Assembly: GCA_964505085.1 (NCBI GenBank)
Contig: CAZDGP010000002.1
Location: 32,421-96,420, forward strand
DNA length: 64,000 bases
Direction: 5' to 3'
DNA from: an uncultured Thermoplasmatales archaeon
Lineage (GTDB): Archaea > Thermoplasmatota > SW-10-69-26 > JACQPN01 > CAZDGP01
Positions 18,756-28,910 of this stretch are shown here, piece by piece. Each line of letters starts with the position of its first letter. The first letter of the stretch is position 1. The notes below the pieces were generated by a model, which saw nothing but the letters and a program-made list of their open reading frames with translations, was not told the DNA's origin and did no database searches. The position numbers and the translations under genes are program-made.

Positions 18756-19629
18756 CCGGTACCAGCGCTTCGCCTACCGCCTCTTCGGCTCCAGCCTGGA
18801 GGAGACCGCGCAATCGAACGAACGGCTCCGCAGCAGCCTCCAGAAGGCCCACATCTACATGCGCCCCGAGGTGTACCTCAGTTACGGGTACATGAACATG
18901 CTCGTCACCTTCGTGGCGAGCCTCGTGCTCGTCCTCCTGGCGGGCATCCTCTTCGCCGCCGGCGTCCTCCCCCTCTCGCCGGCCATCGTCGCCTTCATGA
19001 TCCCCGTGCCGCTGCTCCTGGCGGCCATCGTCTACCTCATCACGTACGTGGTGCCGGACCTCCGGGCGAGCGTCCGGGCCACGGACATCGACGCGAAGGT
19101 GCCCTACGCCTTGAACTACATCGCAACCATGGCCAACGCCGGGGTCACCCCCGACGAGATCTTCGACAGCCTCAGCCGCCAACCCATCTACGGGGAGGTG
19201 GCCAACGAGGCCGCGTGGATCAGCCGGGACCTTCGTCTCCTCGGGAAGGACACCGTGACGGCGATGAACGACGCTATCGACCGCAGCCCCAGCATCAAGT
19301 GGCAGGACCTCCTCCAGGGCGCCATCGCCACCCTCACGAGCGGCGGCAGCCTCAAGGACTACTTCCTCGCGAAGAGCGACCAGTTCATCCAGGAGAACCG
19401 CCGGGAGCAGGTGCAGTTCATGGAGAGCCTGGGCGTCATCGCCGAGAGCTTCGTCACCGTCGTGGTGGCCGCCCCGCTCTTCTTCATCGTGCTCCTCACC
19501 GTCATGACCACCTTCGGGACCGGCGACAACAGCGGGTTCACCCTGGGGTACTTCCTCATCCTCGTGCTTCTACCCATGAGCCAGGCCGGGTTCGCAGCCA
19601 CCATCAAGCTCATGACACCGGAGGTGTAA
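18745..19629 (+). CDS. Pilus membrane platform protein (GspF/TadB-C family)
   Basis: IDAKVPYALNYIATMANAG, YGEVA.E, SPS, SGG.L; TM segments. Confidence 0.88.
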   Translation: MGLNRYQRFAYRLFGSSLEETAQSNERLRSSLQKAHIYMRPEVYLSYGYMNMLVTFVASLVLVLLAGILFAAGVLPLSPAIVAFMIPVPLLLAAIVYLITYVVPDLRASVRATDIDAKVPYALNYIATMANAGVTPDEIFDSLSRQPIYGEVANEAAWISRDLRLLGKDTVTAMNDAIDRSPSIKWQDLLQGAIATLTSGGSLKDYFLAKSDQFIQENRREQVQFMESLGVIAESFVTVVVAAPLFFIVLLTVMTTFGTGDNSGFTLGYFLILVLLPMSQAGFAATIKLMTPEV

Positions 19630-19633
19630 CGGG

Positions 19634-21520
19634 ATGCGCACCGACTGGCTCAAGTACCTCGACCTGGAGTCGAAGCAGAAGCGCCTCGTGGAGCGGAACA
19701 GGGAGCTCTACGAGAAGTTCGTGTTCTACCCGCTCCTCGCGGGCCTCATCATCGCCACGGCGGGAACCCTCGTGGGGATCGTGAACTACCGCGGCACCGC
19801 GCCCGTGGGGTTCTGGGGGTTCGCCCTGGGCATCGTGCTCGTCACCATGAGCATGGGCCTCAGCATGCCCCTGGAGACCTTCCGGGTGCTGAGCAGCCAG
19901 ATCACCGGCGGCAGCCGCTACGACACGCGGCGGTTCTGGAAGCGGCTCAAGACCACCGGCGTCACGCTCCACATCCTCACGCTTCTGGGCGCGTTCTTCC
20001 TGCTGCTGGCGTTCATGAGCCGCGTGGACCTCGTGAGCTTCGGCGAGGTGAGCTACCTGCTCCTCCTCCGCCTGCTCCTCGTCTACGCGCTGGCCCTCTT
20101 CCTCACCGTGGGGTACGGCCTCTACCTCACGCTCCGCACGCCCCTGGAGCGCCGGAGCTTCTTCGGCTTCGAGAACCTCTTCTTCTACCTGGGGGTTGCC
20201 GGGAGCGTGGTCTTCGGCTTCGCTGCTGCCACCCTCGCCACCGGGGTGATCCCCATCGAGGGGACCCTGGGTCTACGCCCCACGGACGCCCCCGTGGTGC
20301 TCCTCACCGCCTCCACCCTGGCAGGGTTCGCCCTCTACATGGGGCGGTCGCCACCTACGCTCAAGATCCTGCTCACGGACGAGCGCGAGTACTACGCTGG
20401 CCTGGGAGGCACCGGGGGCCGCCGCAGCGTGCTCCTCCCCGCCATCATGGCCTTCACCCTGCTCTTCATCGTCGTCCTCAGCATCTTCGTCTTCGGCGTG
20501 GGTGTCGTGGGGCTCTTCGAGGAGATCCCTGCCAACACCGTGCTCTTCGGCGTCATCGGGTTCATCATCCTGGGGATGGCGGGGATCGTCGTCGTCACGG
20601 TGGTCATGAGCCGGAGCGAGGACACCGGCACCCTCTACAAGACCCGCCGGAGCACGGAGGACCGGAAGGAGATCGCGGTGCAGGCCGGCAGCGCCGCCTT
20701 CGCCAGCATCTTCTTCCTCATCGCGGGGTACCTCTACACGGGCCGCACGCTCCTGGGCTTCCCCAGCCAGCGGTGGCTCGACTTCTTCAGCTTCGGTCTC
20801 CTGGCGGCCCTGGGCCCCTACGGGTTCTACGTGGCTGCCCGGCGCAAGCGCGTGAAGGACCTGGAGGCACGCTTCCCGGACTTCCTCCGGGACCTCGCCG
20901 CCAGCAACCGCGCGGGTCTCACCCTCACGAACTCCGTGACCATCGCAAGCCACGGGGAGTACGGGGCTCTCACGCCCGAGATCGTGAAGATGGCGGACCA
21001 GCTCAGCTGGAACGTTCCCTTCACCGAGGCGCTGGACCGCTTCGCGGAACGCGTGCAGACGCCCCTCGTGGAGCGTGCCGTGAGCCTCATCATGGAGGCG
21101 GACAGCGCCGGAGGCAACGTCACGGACGTGCTCGTGGCCGCCGCCAAGGACGCTCGGGAGATCAAGAACCTCGAGAACGAGCGCCGCACCACCATGGTGA
21201 TGTACACCGCCATCATCTACATCACGTTCGCGGTGTTCCTCGGGGGTGCCGCCGTGCTCTACGGGACCTTCATCCCCCAGCTCGTGGCCACGGGCACCGC
21301 CGTGAAGGCCGCAGGCATCTCGGGCTTCGGACCCATCAGCTTCAACATCCTCACCCTCGCCGAGTACCGGACGTTCTACTACCTCTCGGCCCTCGTGCAG
21401 GCTGTGGGCAACGGGTTCGTCGCAGGCCTCATCGAGAGCGGAAGCGCCCTGGCGGGGATGCGCCACAGCTTCATCATGGTGGCCATCACGTGGATCACGT
21501 TCACCGTGGTGCTCCTCTAG
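19634..21520 (+). CDS. TadC/GspF-family protein with a long multi-TM N-terminal extension
   Basis: C-terminal FPDFLRDLA, YGALTPE, AGG, GFVAGLI...GMRH. Confidence 0.85.
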   Translation: MRTDWLKYLDLESKQKRLVERNRELYEKFVFYPLLAGLIIATAGTLVGIVNYRGTAPVGFWGFALGIVLVTMSMGLSMPLETFRVLSSQITGGSRYDTRRFWKRLKTTGVTLHILTLLGAFFLLLAFMSRVDLVSFGEVSYLLLLRLLLVYALALFLTVGYGLYLTLRTPLERRSFFGFENLFFYLGVAGSVVFGFAAATLATGVIPIEGTLGLRPTDAPVVLLTASTLAGFALYMGRSPPTLKILLTDEREYYAGLGGTGGRRSVLLPAIMAFTLLFIVVLSIFVFGVGVVGLFEEIPANTVLFGVIGFIILGMAGIVVVTVVMSRSEDTGTLYKTRRSTEDRKEIAVQAGSAAFASIFFLIAGYLYTGRTLLGFPSQRWLDFFSFGLLAALGPYGFYVAARRKRVKDLEARFPDFLRDLAASNRAGLTLTNSVTIASHGEYGALTPEIVKMADQLSWNVPFTEALDRFAERVQTPLVERAVSLIMEADSAGGNVTDVLVAAAKDAREIKNLENERRTTMVMYTAIIYITFAVFLGGAAVLYGTFIPQLVATGTAVKAAGISGFGPISFNILTLAEYRTFYYLSALVQAVGNGFVAGLIESGSALAGMRHSFIMVAITWITFTVVLL

Positions 21521-21526
21521 GCGGGG

Positions 21527-22780
21527 TCACCTTCCCCTGGCCAGGTGTGTCAGGGGGACGCTCGCCAACGTGACGATGGCGGCGGTGAGGAACAACGCGG
21601 GGAACCCCCACCGCCCCGCCACCCCGGCGGCCAGGAGACCGCCCACGGCGGTGGCCACACCCGCCGTGATGCTGAAGAGCGCCAGCACCTCCCCCTCGTT
21701 CCGCGTGGGGAGCGCCCCCAGGAGCGCTACAGGTCCCGCCACGCTCACCACCGACCACCCCGCGCCCACCACCGAAGCCAGCGCCATCACGGGGGCGAAA
21801 CCCCGAGCGATGGGAAGGGCCAAGAGAAGCATAGCCCCCGCGCGAACCCCCGCGGCCAGGTCCTTCGCCCGGGCGGGTCCCACCCGGTCCACCAACCGCC
21901 CCGCGGAGCCGCTCGCCAGGGCGCCCACCGCGGCGTTCCCCAGGAACACCACGGGCACCCACGCGAGGGGCACCCCCAGCTCCACGAGGTACACGGGCAA
22001 CAGCACGAAGACCAGGTTCCCCCCCAACGCGATGAGGAAGATGTTGGCCATGGCACCCCGTCCCCCGGTGCGCAGCGTGTCGAGGCTTGGAAGGCGCAGC
22101 ATCCCCTGGAGGGGAGGGGACGCCCGCCGTTGGAAGGGTGCGGCGAGGGGCGTGGCGGCGGTGCGCAGGATGGCGGTGATCTCGTCCCGGCCCAGGAAGT
22201 GCACGGGCTCCTCCAGCATCGTGAGGGCGAGCACCACGCTCACCACCGTGAAGGCCGCGCCCAGGATGAAGAGGGTGCGGAGGTCCGTCTGCGTCACCAG
22301 GAGGGCGCTGGCGAGCAACCCCACCGCGTGGGCGCCCAACGTCCACCCGTTCCACCGGCCCAACCGCATCCCCACCTCGTGGGGGGGTCCGGACTCCGCC
22401 GCGAGAGCCCCCCCGCAAGCCACCGTGGCCGCCACGCCGAACCCCATGAGGCTCCGCCCCACGAGGAGCCACAGCGTGTCGCGAGCTAGTGCGAGCACCC
22501 CCAGGCTCGTCGCCACCATGGCGATGCCCGCGACGATGAATGGTTTCCTCCGGCGCACGAGGTCGCTGGCACGCCCCCAGAGGTAGGCTCCCGCGATGGT
22601 GAGGCTGGCGAAGAGGAACTCCATGACGCCCACGAGCTCGAGGCTCGCACCCAGCGCCAGCGCGTACAGGGGGACGAGGGGAGCCACGAGACCCTCCCCC
22701 GCCCGCTGGGGGAGCAACGCACCCACCCACGCTAGACCCCCTGCGTGCGCGGTCCGCGGCGCCGCCTCACCCTCGCTCAT
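21527..22780 (-). CDS. MFS transporter
   Basis: WGRASDLVRRRK and GRLVDRVG motif A; about 12 TM segments. Confidence 0.88.
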   Translation of the reverse strand: MSEGEAAPRTAHAGGLAWVGALLPQRAGEGLVAPLVPLYALALGASLELVGVMEFLFASLTIAGAYLWGRASDLVRRRKPFIVAGIAMVATSLGVLALARDTLWLLVGRSLMGFGVAATVACGGALAAESGPPHEVGMRLGRWNGWTLGAHAVGLLASALLVTQTDLRTLFILGAAFTVVSVVLALTMLEEPVHFLGRDEITAILRTAATPLAAPFQRRASPPLQGMLRLPSLDTLRTGGRGAMANIFLIALGGNLVFVLLPVYLVELGVPLAWVPVVFLGNAAVGALASGSAGRLVDRVGPARAKDLAAGVRAGAMLLLALPIARGFAPVMALASVVGAGWSVVSVAGPVALLGALPTRNEGEVLALFSITAGVATAVGGLLAAGVAGRWGFPALFLTAAIVTLASVPLTHLARGR

Positions 22781-22896
22781 GGTGAGCCCCGGCAACGGCG
22801 CCTCCCCGTAAGGGGGTTGTGGTCCGGTCCGCGCCCGCGGCCCCCGCCGACCACAAACCTTAACCCCGCCACGACGATGCCGGGGGCAGTGATCCC

Positions 22897-23787
22897 ATGA
22901 CGAAGATCGGATTCGTGGGCGCCGGGAAGATCGGGGCCAACGCGGTGTACGCCACCCTCCACAAGGTGAACGTGGACGAGATCGCGATCGTGGACCTCCA
23001 GGAGGACCTCGCCCAGGGCGAGGCCCTGGACCTCAACACCGCCGCGGCGGGCCTCGGGCTCCCCACGCGGGTGCGAGGCGGCAAGGACTACGAGCTCCTC
23101 GAGGGGAGCGACGTCGTCGTCGTGAGCGCGGGCATCCCGCGGAAACCCGGGATGACGCGGGAGGACCTCATCCAGAAGAACGCGGGGGTCATGCAGACCA
23201 TCACCGAGGGCGTGAAGGAGCACGCTCCCGACAGCAAGATCCTCCTCGTGACGAACCCCGTGGACCCCCTCACGTACATCACGTGGAAGGAGAGCGGGTG
23301 GGACCGGAGCCGCGTCTTCGGCATGGGCGCCCTCCACGACAGCATGCGCCTCTGGGACCTCCTCCGGGACGACGGCGCCTCCACGTACGACGCGTGGATC
23401 CTCGGCCCCCACGGCGAGGATATGTTCCCCGCCAAGAGCCTCGCCACCGTGGAGGGCCTCTCCCCCGAGTGGGGTGACGTGAAGGAGGCGATCCGCGGCC
23501 GCGCCATGAACATCATCGAGAAGAAGGGCGCCACGTACTACGCCCCCGGCATCGCCATCGCGCACATGCTGGAGACGATCCTGGGCCGCGAGAAGCGTCT
23601 CCTCCCCGTGGTGAGCATCCTCCAGGGTGAGTACGGCCTGGAGGACGTGGCCCTCGGCGTCCCCGCCATCCTCAGCCACAAGGGCGTGGAGCGCATCGTG
23701 GAGCTGCCACTGAGCAGCGAGGACCGGAAGCTCCTGGAGAAGGGTGCCAACACCGTGCGGGAGCAGATCGGGGACGCCGGGTACTGA
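22897..23787 (+). CDS. mdh: Malate dehydrogenase (LDH-like)
   Basis: GAGKIG, PRKPGMTR (malate-specificity Arg), VTNPVD, GPHG; CCTTAA promoter at about 22858. Confidence 0.88.
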   Translation: MTKIGFVGAGKIGANAVYATLHKVNVDEIAIVDLQEDLAQGEALDLNTAAAGLGLPTRVRGGKDYELLEGSDVVVVSAGIPRKPGMTREDLIQKNAGVMQTITEGVKEHAPDSKILLVTNPVDPLTYITWKESGWDRSRVFGMGALHDSMRLWDLLRDDGASTYDAWILGPHGEDMFPAKSLATVEGLSPEWGDVKEAIRGRAMNIIEKKGATYYAPGIAIAHMLETILGREKRLLPVVSILQGEYGLEDVALGVPAILSHKGVERIVELPLSSEDRKLLEKGANTVREQIGDAGY

Positions 23788-23938
23788 CGCCCGGGCACCC
23801 TCCCCGTCCTCCTCCGATCGGGCCAGCGGCACCGAGGACCTGCTCGAGCCCCCTCCGTCCACATCCCCCGCGGCCCCGGAGCACAGGCTCCATGCGTACC
23901 CTTATCTCGGGGATGGTGCAGAAGGGAGGTGGAACACC

Positions 23939-24346
23939 ATGACACCAGGAAGCGTACGTACCGTGGGAACCGCCACCGGGTTCCGCATCGACCTCGCAAG
24001 CCGCCCCGGGAGCCTCCAGGAGGTGACGCGGGGCCTCGCCAAGGAGGACGTGAACATCCGCTCGGTGTCGGGCGTGGATCTGGGTCGCGACGCGGTGGCC
24101 ATCCTCCTCACCGACAACGATGCCGCCACCCACAGGGTGCTGGAGGCTCTCCAGGTCCCCCACGACGCCGTGGAGCTCGTCACCGTGGACCTGGAGGACC
24201 GCCCCGGCGCCCTGGACGAGGTGCTCATGACGCTGGCGCACGCGGGCGTGAACATCCAGGCCATCGCGGCGGCTCCAGAACCCATGGTGGGGCCGGCCTT
24301 CGTGGTGGCGGATGCCACCCGGGTCGCCGACCTCATCCGGAGTTGA
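23939..24346 (+). CDS. Tandem ACT-domain protein
   Basis: SRPGSL...VNI and DRPGAL...AGVNI repeats. Confidence 0.8.
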   Translation: MTPGSVRTVGTATGFRIDLASRPGSLQEVTRGLAKEDVNIRSVSGVDLGRDAVAILLTDNDAATHRVLEALQVPHDAVELVTVDLEDRPGALDEVLMTLAHAGVNIQAIAAAPEPMVGPAFVVADATRVADLIRS

Positions 24347-24417
24347 CCCCCGCCTGCCTTCGGAAACCTTAAGTAGAACGTCCGTTCGACGGGGGTTCGG
24401 CGGCTGTGGGTGACGAC

Positions 24418-25428
24418 ATGCAGGGACGACGAACGGTCCTCCTGCTGGCCATCCTGGGTGTGCTGGGGAGCCTACCCGGGGGCGTGCTGGCGGTGGACGA
24501 TGGCACGAGCTTGGATGGCACCACGGACACGTTGAACGACAGCGTCGACGGTGCCGTGGACGACGTCACCGGGCAGACCGAGTCCCGCACGGGCGCCGGG
24601 ATCCCCAGCGTGGACACCACCGTGGGCGTGGCCCTGAGCCCCGTGACGGACGCCACCGCCACCTGCTACGATCGGTACGACGGGTTCTTCCTCGAGGTCT
24701 TCCCCCCGGAGCTCGACGGGTACAGCTCCGCCCTCGCTTACAGCGTATGCTACGCTCCCGGCACCGCCCGTGACGAGGTGGCGAACCAGTGCAACATCCT
24801 CATCTGGAGCACCTACGGCGACGGCGCTCAGGAGGAGCGGGAGATGGCTCGCGACCTCATGGAGGCCGTCTGCTGGGAGGCCATCCACGAGGGGAACCTC
24901 GACGAGGGCGTGGGCGGGGTGGACGCCTGCGCCGCCACCGACACGCTCACGGTGAGCACCACGTTCAACAGCCCCGTGAGCACCGACTACCTCCTGGGGC
25001 TCCTGGTGACCGCCCAGGGCACCCCCTGCGAGAGCGTCCTCGCCGCAGGCCACGACGCCAACGCGCGCGCCTCGGCCACGGTGGAGCAAGTGGACAGCGA
25101 CACGAAGCGCGTGACACCGCAAGTGAGCGCCCAGGGTGACACCGCCGGCACGTGGATCGTCGAGGCTCGCAGCCGCGTGCTCTCCACCAGCAGCTTCGAG
25201 TCGGGGTGGAGCGTCGTGAGCGGCTCCGGCGAGACCCTCACATGCAACTTCGACGTTGCCCTCACCGACACGAACGGCGGCTCCTGCACGAGCGTGGGCT
25301 CCAGCGTCGACGTGACGGAGTCCAACTACGTCGTGTACCGGTGGCAGGTGGACTACACCCTCGTGTGGGTGGACGGCACCGGCACGGCCCACCACGTGCT
25401 CTCCGGGACCGACGGCGGGTACCTGTGA
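24418..25428 (+). CDS. Secreted acidic Cys-containing hypothetical protein
   Basis: Signal peptide; coding-like codon usage; CCTTAAG promoter at about 24367. Confidence 0.7.
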   Translation: MQGRRTVLLLAILGVLGSLPGGVLAVDDGTSLDGTTDTLNDSVDGAVDDVTGQTESRTGAGIPSVDTTVGVALSPVTDATATCYDRYDGFFLEVFPPELDGYSSALAYSVCYAPGTARDEVANQCNILIWSTYGDGAQEEREMARDLMEAVCWEAIHEGNLDEGVGGVDACAATDTLTVSTTFNSPVSTDYLLGLLVTAQGTPCESVLAAGHDANARASATVEQVDSDTKRVTPQVSAQGDTAGTWIVEARSRVLSTSSFESGWSVVSGSGETLTCNFDVALTDTNGGSCTSVGSSVDVTESNYVVYRWQVDYTLVWVDGTGTAHHVLSGTDGGYL

Positions 25429-25576
25429 CGCGGTTCCCGTGCGATGCCGCAAGCTTCAAGACCTACCGAGGGCGCCCCGTGCCCAACCCACCAGGTGCTG
25501 AGGGGCTGAGGGGCTCGGGTCCATGGCCGCAAACTTCAAGGTTGGGACGATGCAGAGCACCAGGGGGCGCAAGCCG

Positions 25577-26068
25577 GTGGACCACGTGGTGAACCTTCGG
25601 AAGGAGATCGAGATCCTCGCACCTCCGCAACGGGTATTCGAGCTCCTGGCTCACCCCGAGGAGGCGCCCCGGTGGGAACCGGGGCTCCTCGAGGCACGCC
25701 TCGACCCCGACGGACCCCTGCAGGAGGGCCGGGGCTTCACCGCCGTGACGGAGGCCTTCGGCGGCTCCTACCGGTGGCGGGCGGTGGCCACGGAGGTGGA
25801 CCCCAGCCGGGTCCTCGCGTGGCACATGGTGGAGGGCGAGTTCAAGCGCCATGACGCCCGGTTCCGCTTGGAACCCACCTCCCGCGGCACACGCCTGCAC
25901 CTTGCCATGGACGTGGAACCCCCCTACGTTCTTCCCGAGTTCCGCACCCAGGATGAGGTGGAGGAGGAGCTGAGTCGGCGCTACGACCGGGCGCTCCTCA
26001 ACCTCAAGGACCTCCTGGAGGACGCCGCCGGCCACGCCACCACGCTGGACCTTGCCGGCACCGCCTGA
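25577..26068 (+). CDS. SRPBCC/polyketide cyclase-family protein (start uncertain)
   Basis: IEILAPPQRVFELL..PE..PRW...GTRLHL...LLNLKDLLE. Confidence 0.8.
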   Translation: MDHVVNLRKEIEILAPPQRVFELLAHPEEAPRWEPGLLEARLDPDGPLQEGRGFTAVTEAFGGSYRWRAVATEVDPSRVLAWHMVEGEFKRHDARFRLEPTSRGTRLHLAMDVEPPYVLPEFRTQDEVEEELSRRYDRALLNLKDLLEDAAGHATTLDLAGTA

Positions 26069-26281
26069 TGCTCCGCATCGCGGCGGCACCGCCAACCTCC
26101 GGCTCGCCGGTACAGCGTGACGACTTCGTCGTCCCGCTGCCCCGCCGGCCTTCGGCGGGCGGGCACGGCGTGACGCCTCCCTTACCCTGCTGCAACGCCG
26201 ATCCTCGGTCCCGCATCCACCCCACCGCGAGCCGTGGGGTTCAAGCCCCCTTGCGTCCATGGGGCGCTGAGGTGCGGACCC

Positions 26282-27814
26282 ATGTCCTCCAACGCCCAAG
26301 GCATCCTCGACGCGCTGAACCTGAGCCCCGACGAGCCCGGAGCCTACGACGGCGACGCGTGGTTCGGGAGCGGTGACACCCTCCCCGTCCACACCCCCAT
26401 CGACGGGTCCGAGATCGCCACCGTCCAGATGGCCAACGGGTCCGACTACGACCGCGTGGTGGAGGCCGCTCGAGCGAGCTTCGAGGCCTGGCGCACGGTG
26501 CCCGCACCCGAGCGCGGCAAGGTGGTGCGGGACATCGGCGTGGCCCTCCGGGAGCACCAGGACGCCCTCGGGGACCTCGTGACCCTCGAGATGGGGAAGA
26601 TCCGCGAGGAGGGCTGGGGCGAGGTGCAGGAGGCGGTGGACATCGCGGAGTTCGCCACGGGCCTCAGCCGCCAACTCTACGGGAAGCAGATGGTGAGCGA
26701 GCGCCCCGACCACCGCCTCTACGAGCAGTGGCACCCCCTGGGCGTCGTGGGCATCATCACCGCCTTCAACTTCCCCGTGGCCGTGTGGGCGTGGAACAGC
26801 TTCATCGCCGCCGTCTGCGGGGACACGTGCGTCTGGAAACCCAGCGAGCTTACGCCCCTCACGAGCATCGCCACCACGCGCATCTGCAACGACGTGGTGC
26901 GGGACCACGGCCACGACCCCATCTTCTTCCTCACGGTGGGACGCGGCCAGGACGTGGGGGACCGCCTCGCTCGGGACGAGCGCATGGACCTCGTGAGCGC
27001 CACCGGCAGCATCCCCATGGGGTACAAGGTGTACGAGAACGTGGCGAAGCGCATGGGGAAGGTCATCCTGGAGCTTGGGGGGAACAACGGCATCATCGTC
27101 ACCGAGCACGCCGACCTGGACCTCGCCCAGCGCGCCATCACCTTCGCCGGCGCCGGCACCACGGGGCAACGCTGCACCACGAGCCGCCGCATCATCGCCC
27201 ACAGCGCCATCGTGGACGAGCTGCAGGAACGCCTCGTAAGCGCCTACGAGCAGGTGCCCGTGGGGAACCCCCTGGAGGAGGGCACCCTCATGGGGCCCCT
27301 CGTCCACGAGCAGGCCGCCGACGCCTTCGAGGAGGCCGTGCGCACCGTGAAGAAGCAGGGTGGCACCATCGTCACGGGCGGCGAGCGCCGTCACGACCTG
27401 GGCCCGAACTACGTGGAGCCCACCATCGCCCGCGTCCCCGAGAGCCTGGAGCTCCTCAAGGAGGAGACCTTCGCCCCGCTCCTCTACCTCATCGAGTACG
27501 ACGGCAGCGTCGACGAGGCCATCACCATCAACAACAGCGTCCCCCAGGGCCTAAGCAGCGCCATCTTCACGGAGAACCTCAAGCAGGCGGAGCGGTTCCT
27601 GAGCGCCCAGGGAAGCGACTGCGGCATCGCCAACGTCAACATCGGCACCAGCGGCGCCGAGATCGGCGGCGCCTTCGGCGGCGAGAAGGACACCGGCGGC
27701 GGCCGCGAGGCCGGCAGCGACAGCTGGAAGCAGTACATGCGCCGCCAGACCGTCACCATCAACTACGGGGAGGAGCTGCCGCTTAGCCAGGGGATCGACT
27801 TCGGGGTGGAGTGA
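26282..27814 (+). CDS. Aldehyde dehydrogenase, ALDH7 (aminoadipate-semialdehyde) type
   Basis: TAFNFPVAVW, LELGGNN, GQRCTT, ETFAP, GAFGGEKDTGGGREAGSDSWKQY. Confidence 0.93.
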   Translation: MSSNAQGILDALNLSPDEPGAYDGDAWFGSGDTLPVHTPIDGSEIATVQMANGSDYDRVVEAARASFEAWRTVPAPERGKVVRDIGVALREHQDALGDLVTLEMGKIREEGWGEVQEAVDIAEFATGLSRQLYGKQMVSERPDHRLYEQWHPLGVVGIITAFNFPVAVWAWNSFIAAVCGDTCVWKPSELTPLTSIATTRICNDVVRDHGHDPIFFLTVGRGQDVGDRLARDERMDLVSATGSIPMGYKVYENVAKRMGKVILELGGNNGIIVTEHADLDLAQRAITFAGAGTTGQRCTTSRRIIAHSAIVDELQERLVSAYEQVPVGNPLEEGTLMGPLVHEQAADAFEEAVRTVKKQGGTIVTGGERRHDLGPNYVEPTIARVPESLELLKEETFAPLLYLIEYDGSVDEAITINNSVPQGLSSAIFTENLKQAERFLSAQGSDCGIANVNIGTSGAEIGGAFGGEKDTGGGREAGSDSWKQYMRRQTVTINYGEELPLSQGIDFGVE

Positions 27815-28109
27815 AGGGTTCCGGGGCGCGCGGCGCCTTGGGAACCTGTTCGCCGGTGCTCCTCGACGCATGGGGCCACTAGCGGAGATGACCGTAAGAC
27901 GCACCTTGAGCGGCTTCGCGCTGGAGGGTTGAAGCTCCCACCAAGGCTGGCTACCACGTCGCTCCAGCGGGCGCCGCTGCGCGGCGCCGGTGAGCTCCAC
28001 CGTTACCCTCCTCCCGCCGTCCGCGCGCGAGACCACTTCGTGACCCAACGCCGACGGCCTCATCACCTCCGACCGAAGCATCGATCGGCGGATGACTGGT
28101 GGCGACGCG

Positions 28110-28589
28110 TCACCCCCCCTTCGCCTTCCGCCGGAGGATCATCGTGTCCTCATCGAGAACCTGCACTTCGAGGGCGTCTTGGTTCGTGAGGTTCATGACG
28201 CGGACGATGTCCTTGGGCCAGTAGGTTCCCAGGTTCCGTCCGGAGACGTTCGTGACCTTCGCCTGGTAGTCTGCGACGTGGTCGTCCGGCCGGGTCTCCT
28301 CCAAGGCCAGCTCCTCGTAGGCTTCCAGGAACTCTGCTCCGCAGTGCTTGCATCGGGCGCCGTGGAGGTGGTGGTGGACGAGGGCCATGGCGCCGACGAT
28401 CGTCTCGCGGATGATGTCGTCTCGGCTTTCGAGCTGTCGTTCCTCGCAGACGGGGCACTTTCGGGTCGTCCCGGGGGGGAAGGCACGGGGTTGGTCCTGC
28501 ATGAGGTGGGTGCGCAGCTCGTGCACCGCCGTCATCCACGCCTGGGGCGTGGGGAAGACGGTTTCGGGGTCGTTGCCGTTGTCGGTCAT
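28110..28589 (-). CDS. Putative antitoxin: YgiT/MqsA-type zinc finger fused to an AbrB/SpoVT-like domain
   Basis: CPVC...CKHCGAEF; C-terminal KVTNVSGRNLGTYWPKDIVRVMNL...LEV...ILR. Confidence 0.75.
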   Translation of the reverse strand: MTDNGNDPETVFPTPQAWMTAVHELRTHLMQDQPRAFPPGTTRKCPVCEERQLESRDDIIRETIVGAMALVHHHLHGARCKHCGAEFLEAYEELALEETRPDDHVADYQAKVTNVSGRNLGTYWPKDIVRVMNLTNQDALEVQVLDEDTMILRRKAKGG

Positions 28590-28594
28590 GGGGA

Positions 28595-28885
28595 TCACAC
28601 GTGGTACGCGGTCACGACGAGCAGGAGCCGGCCCTCCTCGTCCTCGTGGAGGTCGAGGTCCACCCGGAGGCGGCGCCGGTGCGGCAGGTTCGCCAGGGCG
28701 TACCATCCCCGCGGGTGCAGGAGCGATCCGTCCTCACGGGCCCGTTCGTCCTTGGCGACGTGGTAGCACCGCTCGAGAGCGGTGAGGATCTCGGCGAAGC
28801 CGATGCCCCGCTTGCCCGGGTGGTAGTTCGGCGCCTTGATGACGCGGCCCCGGCGAACCAGTTGGTGGACGTCACGAACCTTCAT
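28595..28885 (-). CDS. Putative toxin, DUF4258/RelE-like small basic protein
   Basis: H..KRGI...EI..AL pattern and C-terminal LLVVTAY; 5 bp upstream of the zinc-finger gene. An alternative GTG start lies at 28897. Confidence 0.65.
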   Translation of the reverse strand: MKVRDVHQLVRRGRVIKAPNYHPGKRGIGFAEILTALERCYHVAKDERAREDGSLLHPRGWYALANLPHRRRLRVDLDLHEDEEGRLLLVVTAYHV

Positions 28886-28910
28886 GGGAAGCGGCACCGC
28901 ATCAGGCTGT

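Noticed and set aside
12104..21520. Archaellum operon
   Set aside because: No archaellins or ArlC-G; two separate TadC-like genes and Pilin_N proteins indicate a pilus.
26226..26259. GGGGTTCAAGCCCC...CCA resembling a tRNA T-arm
   Set aside because: No acceptor stem, D-arm or anticodon arm. TTCAAG sits at promoter distance from the ALDH start.
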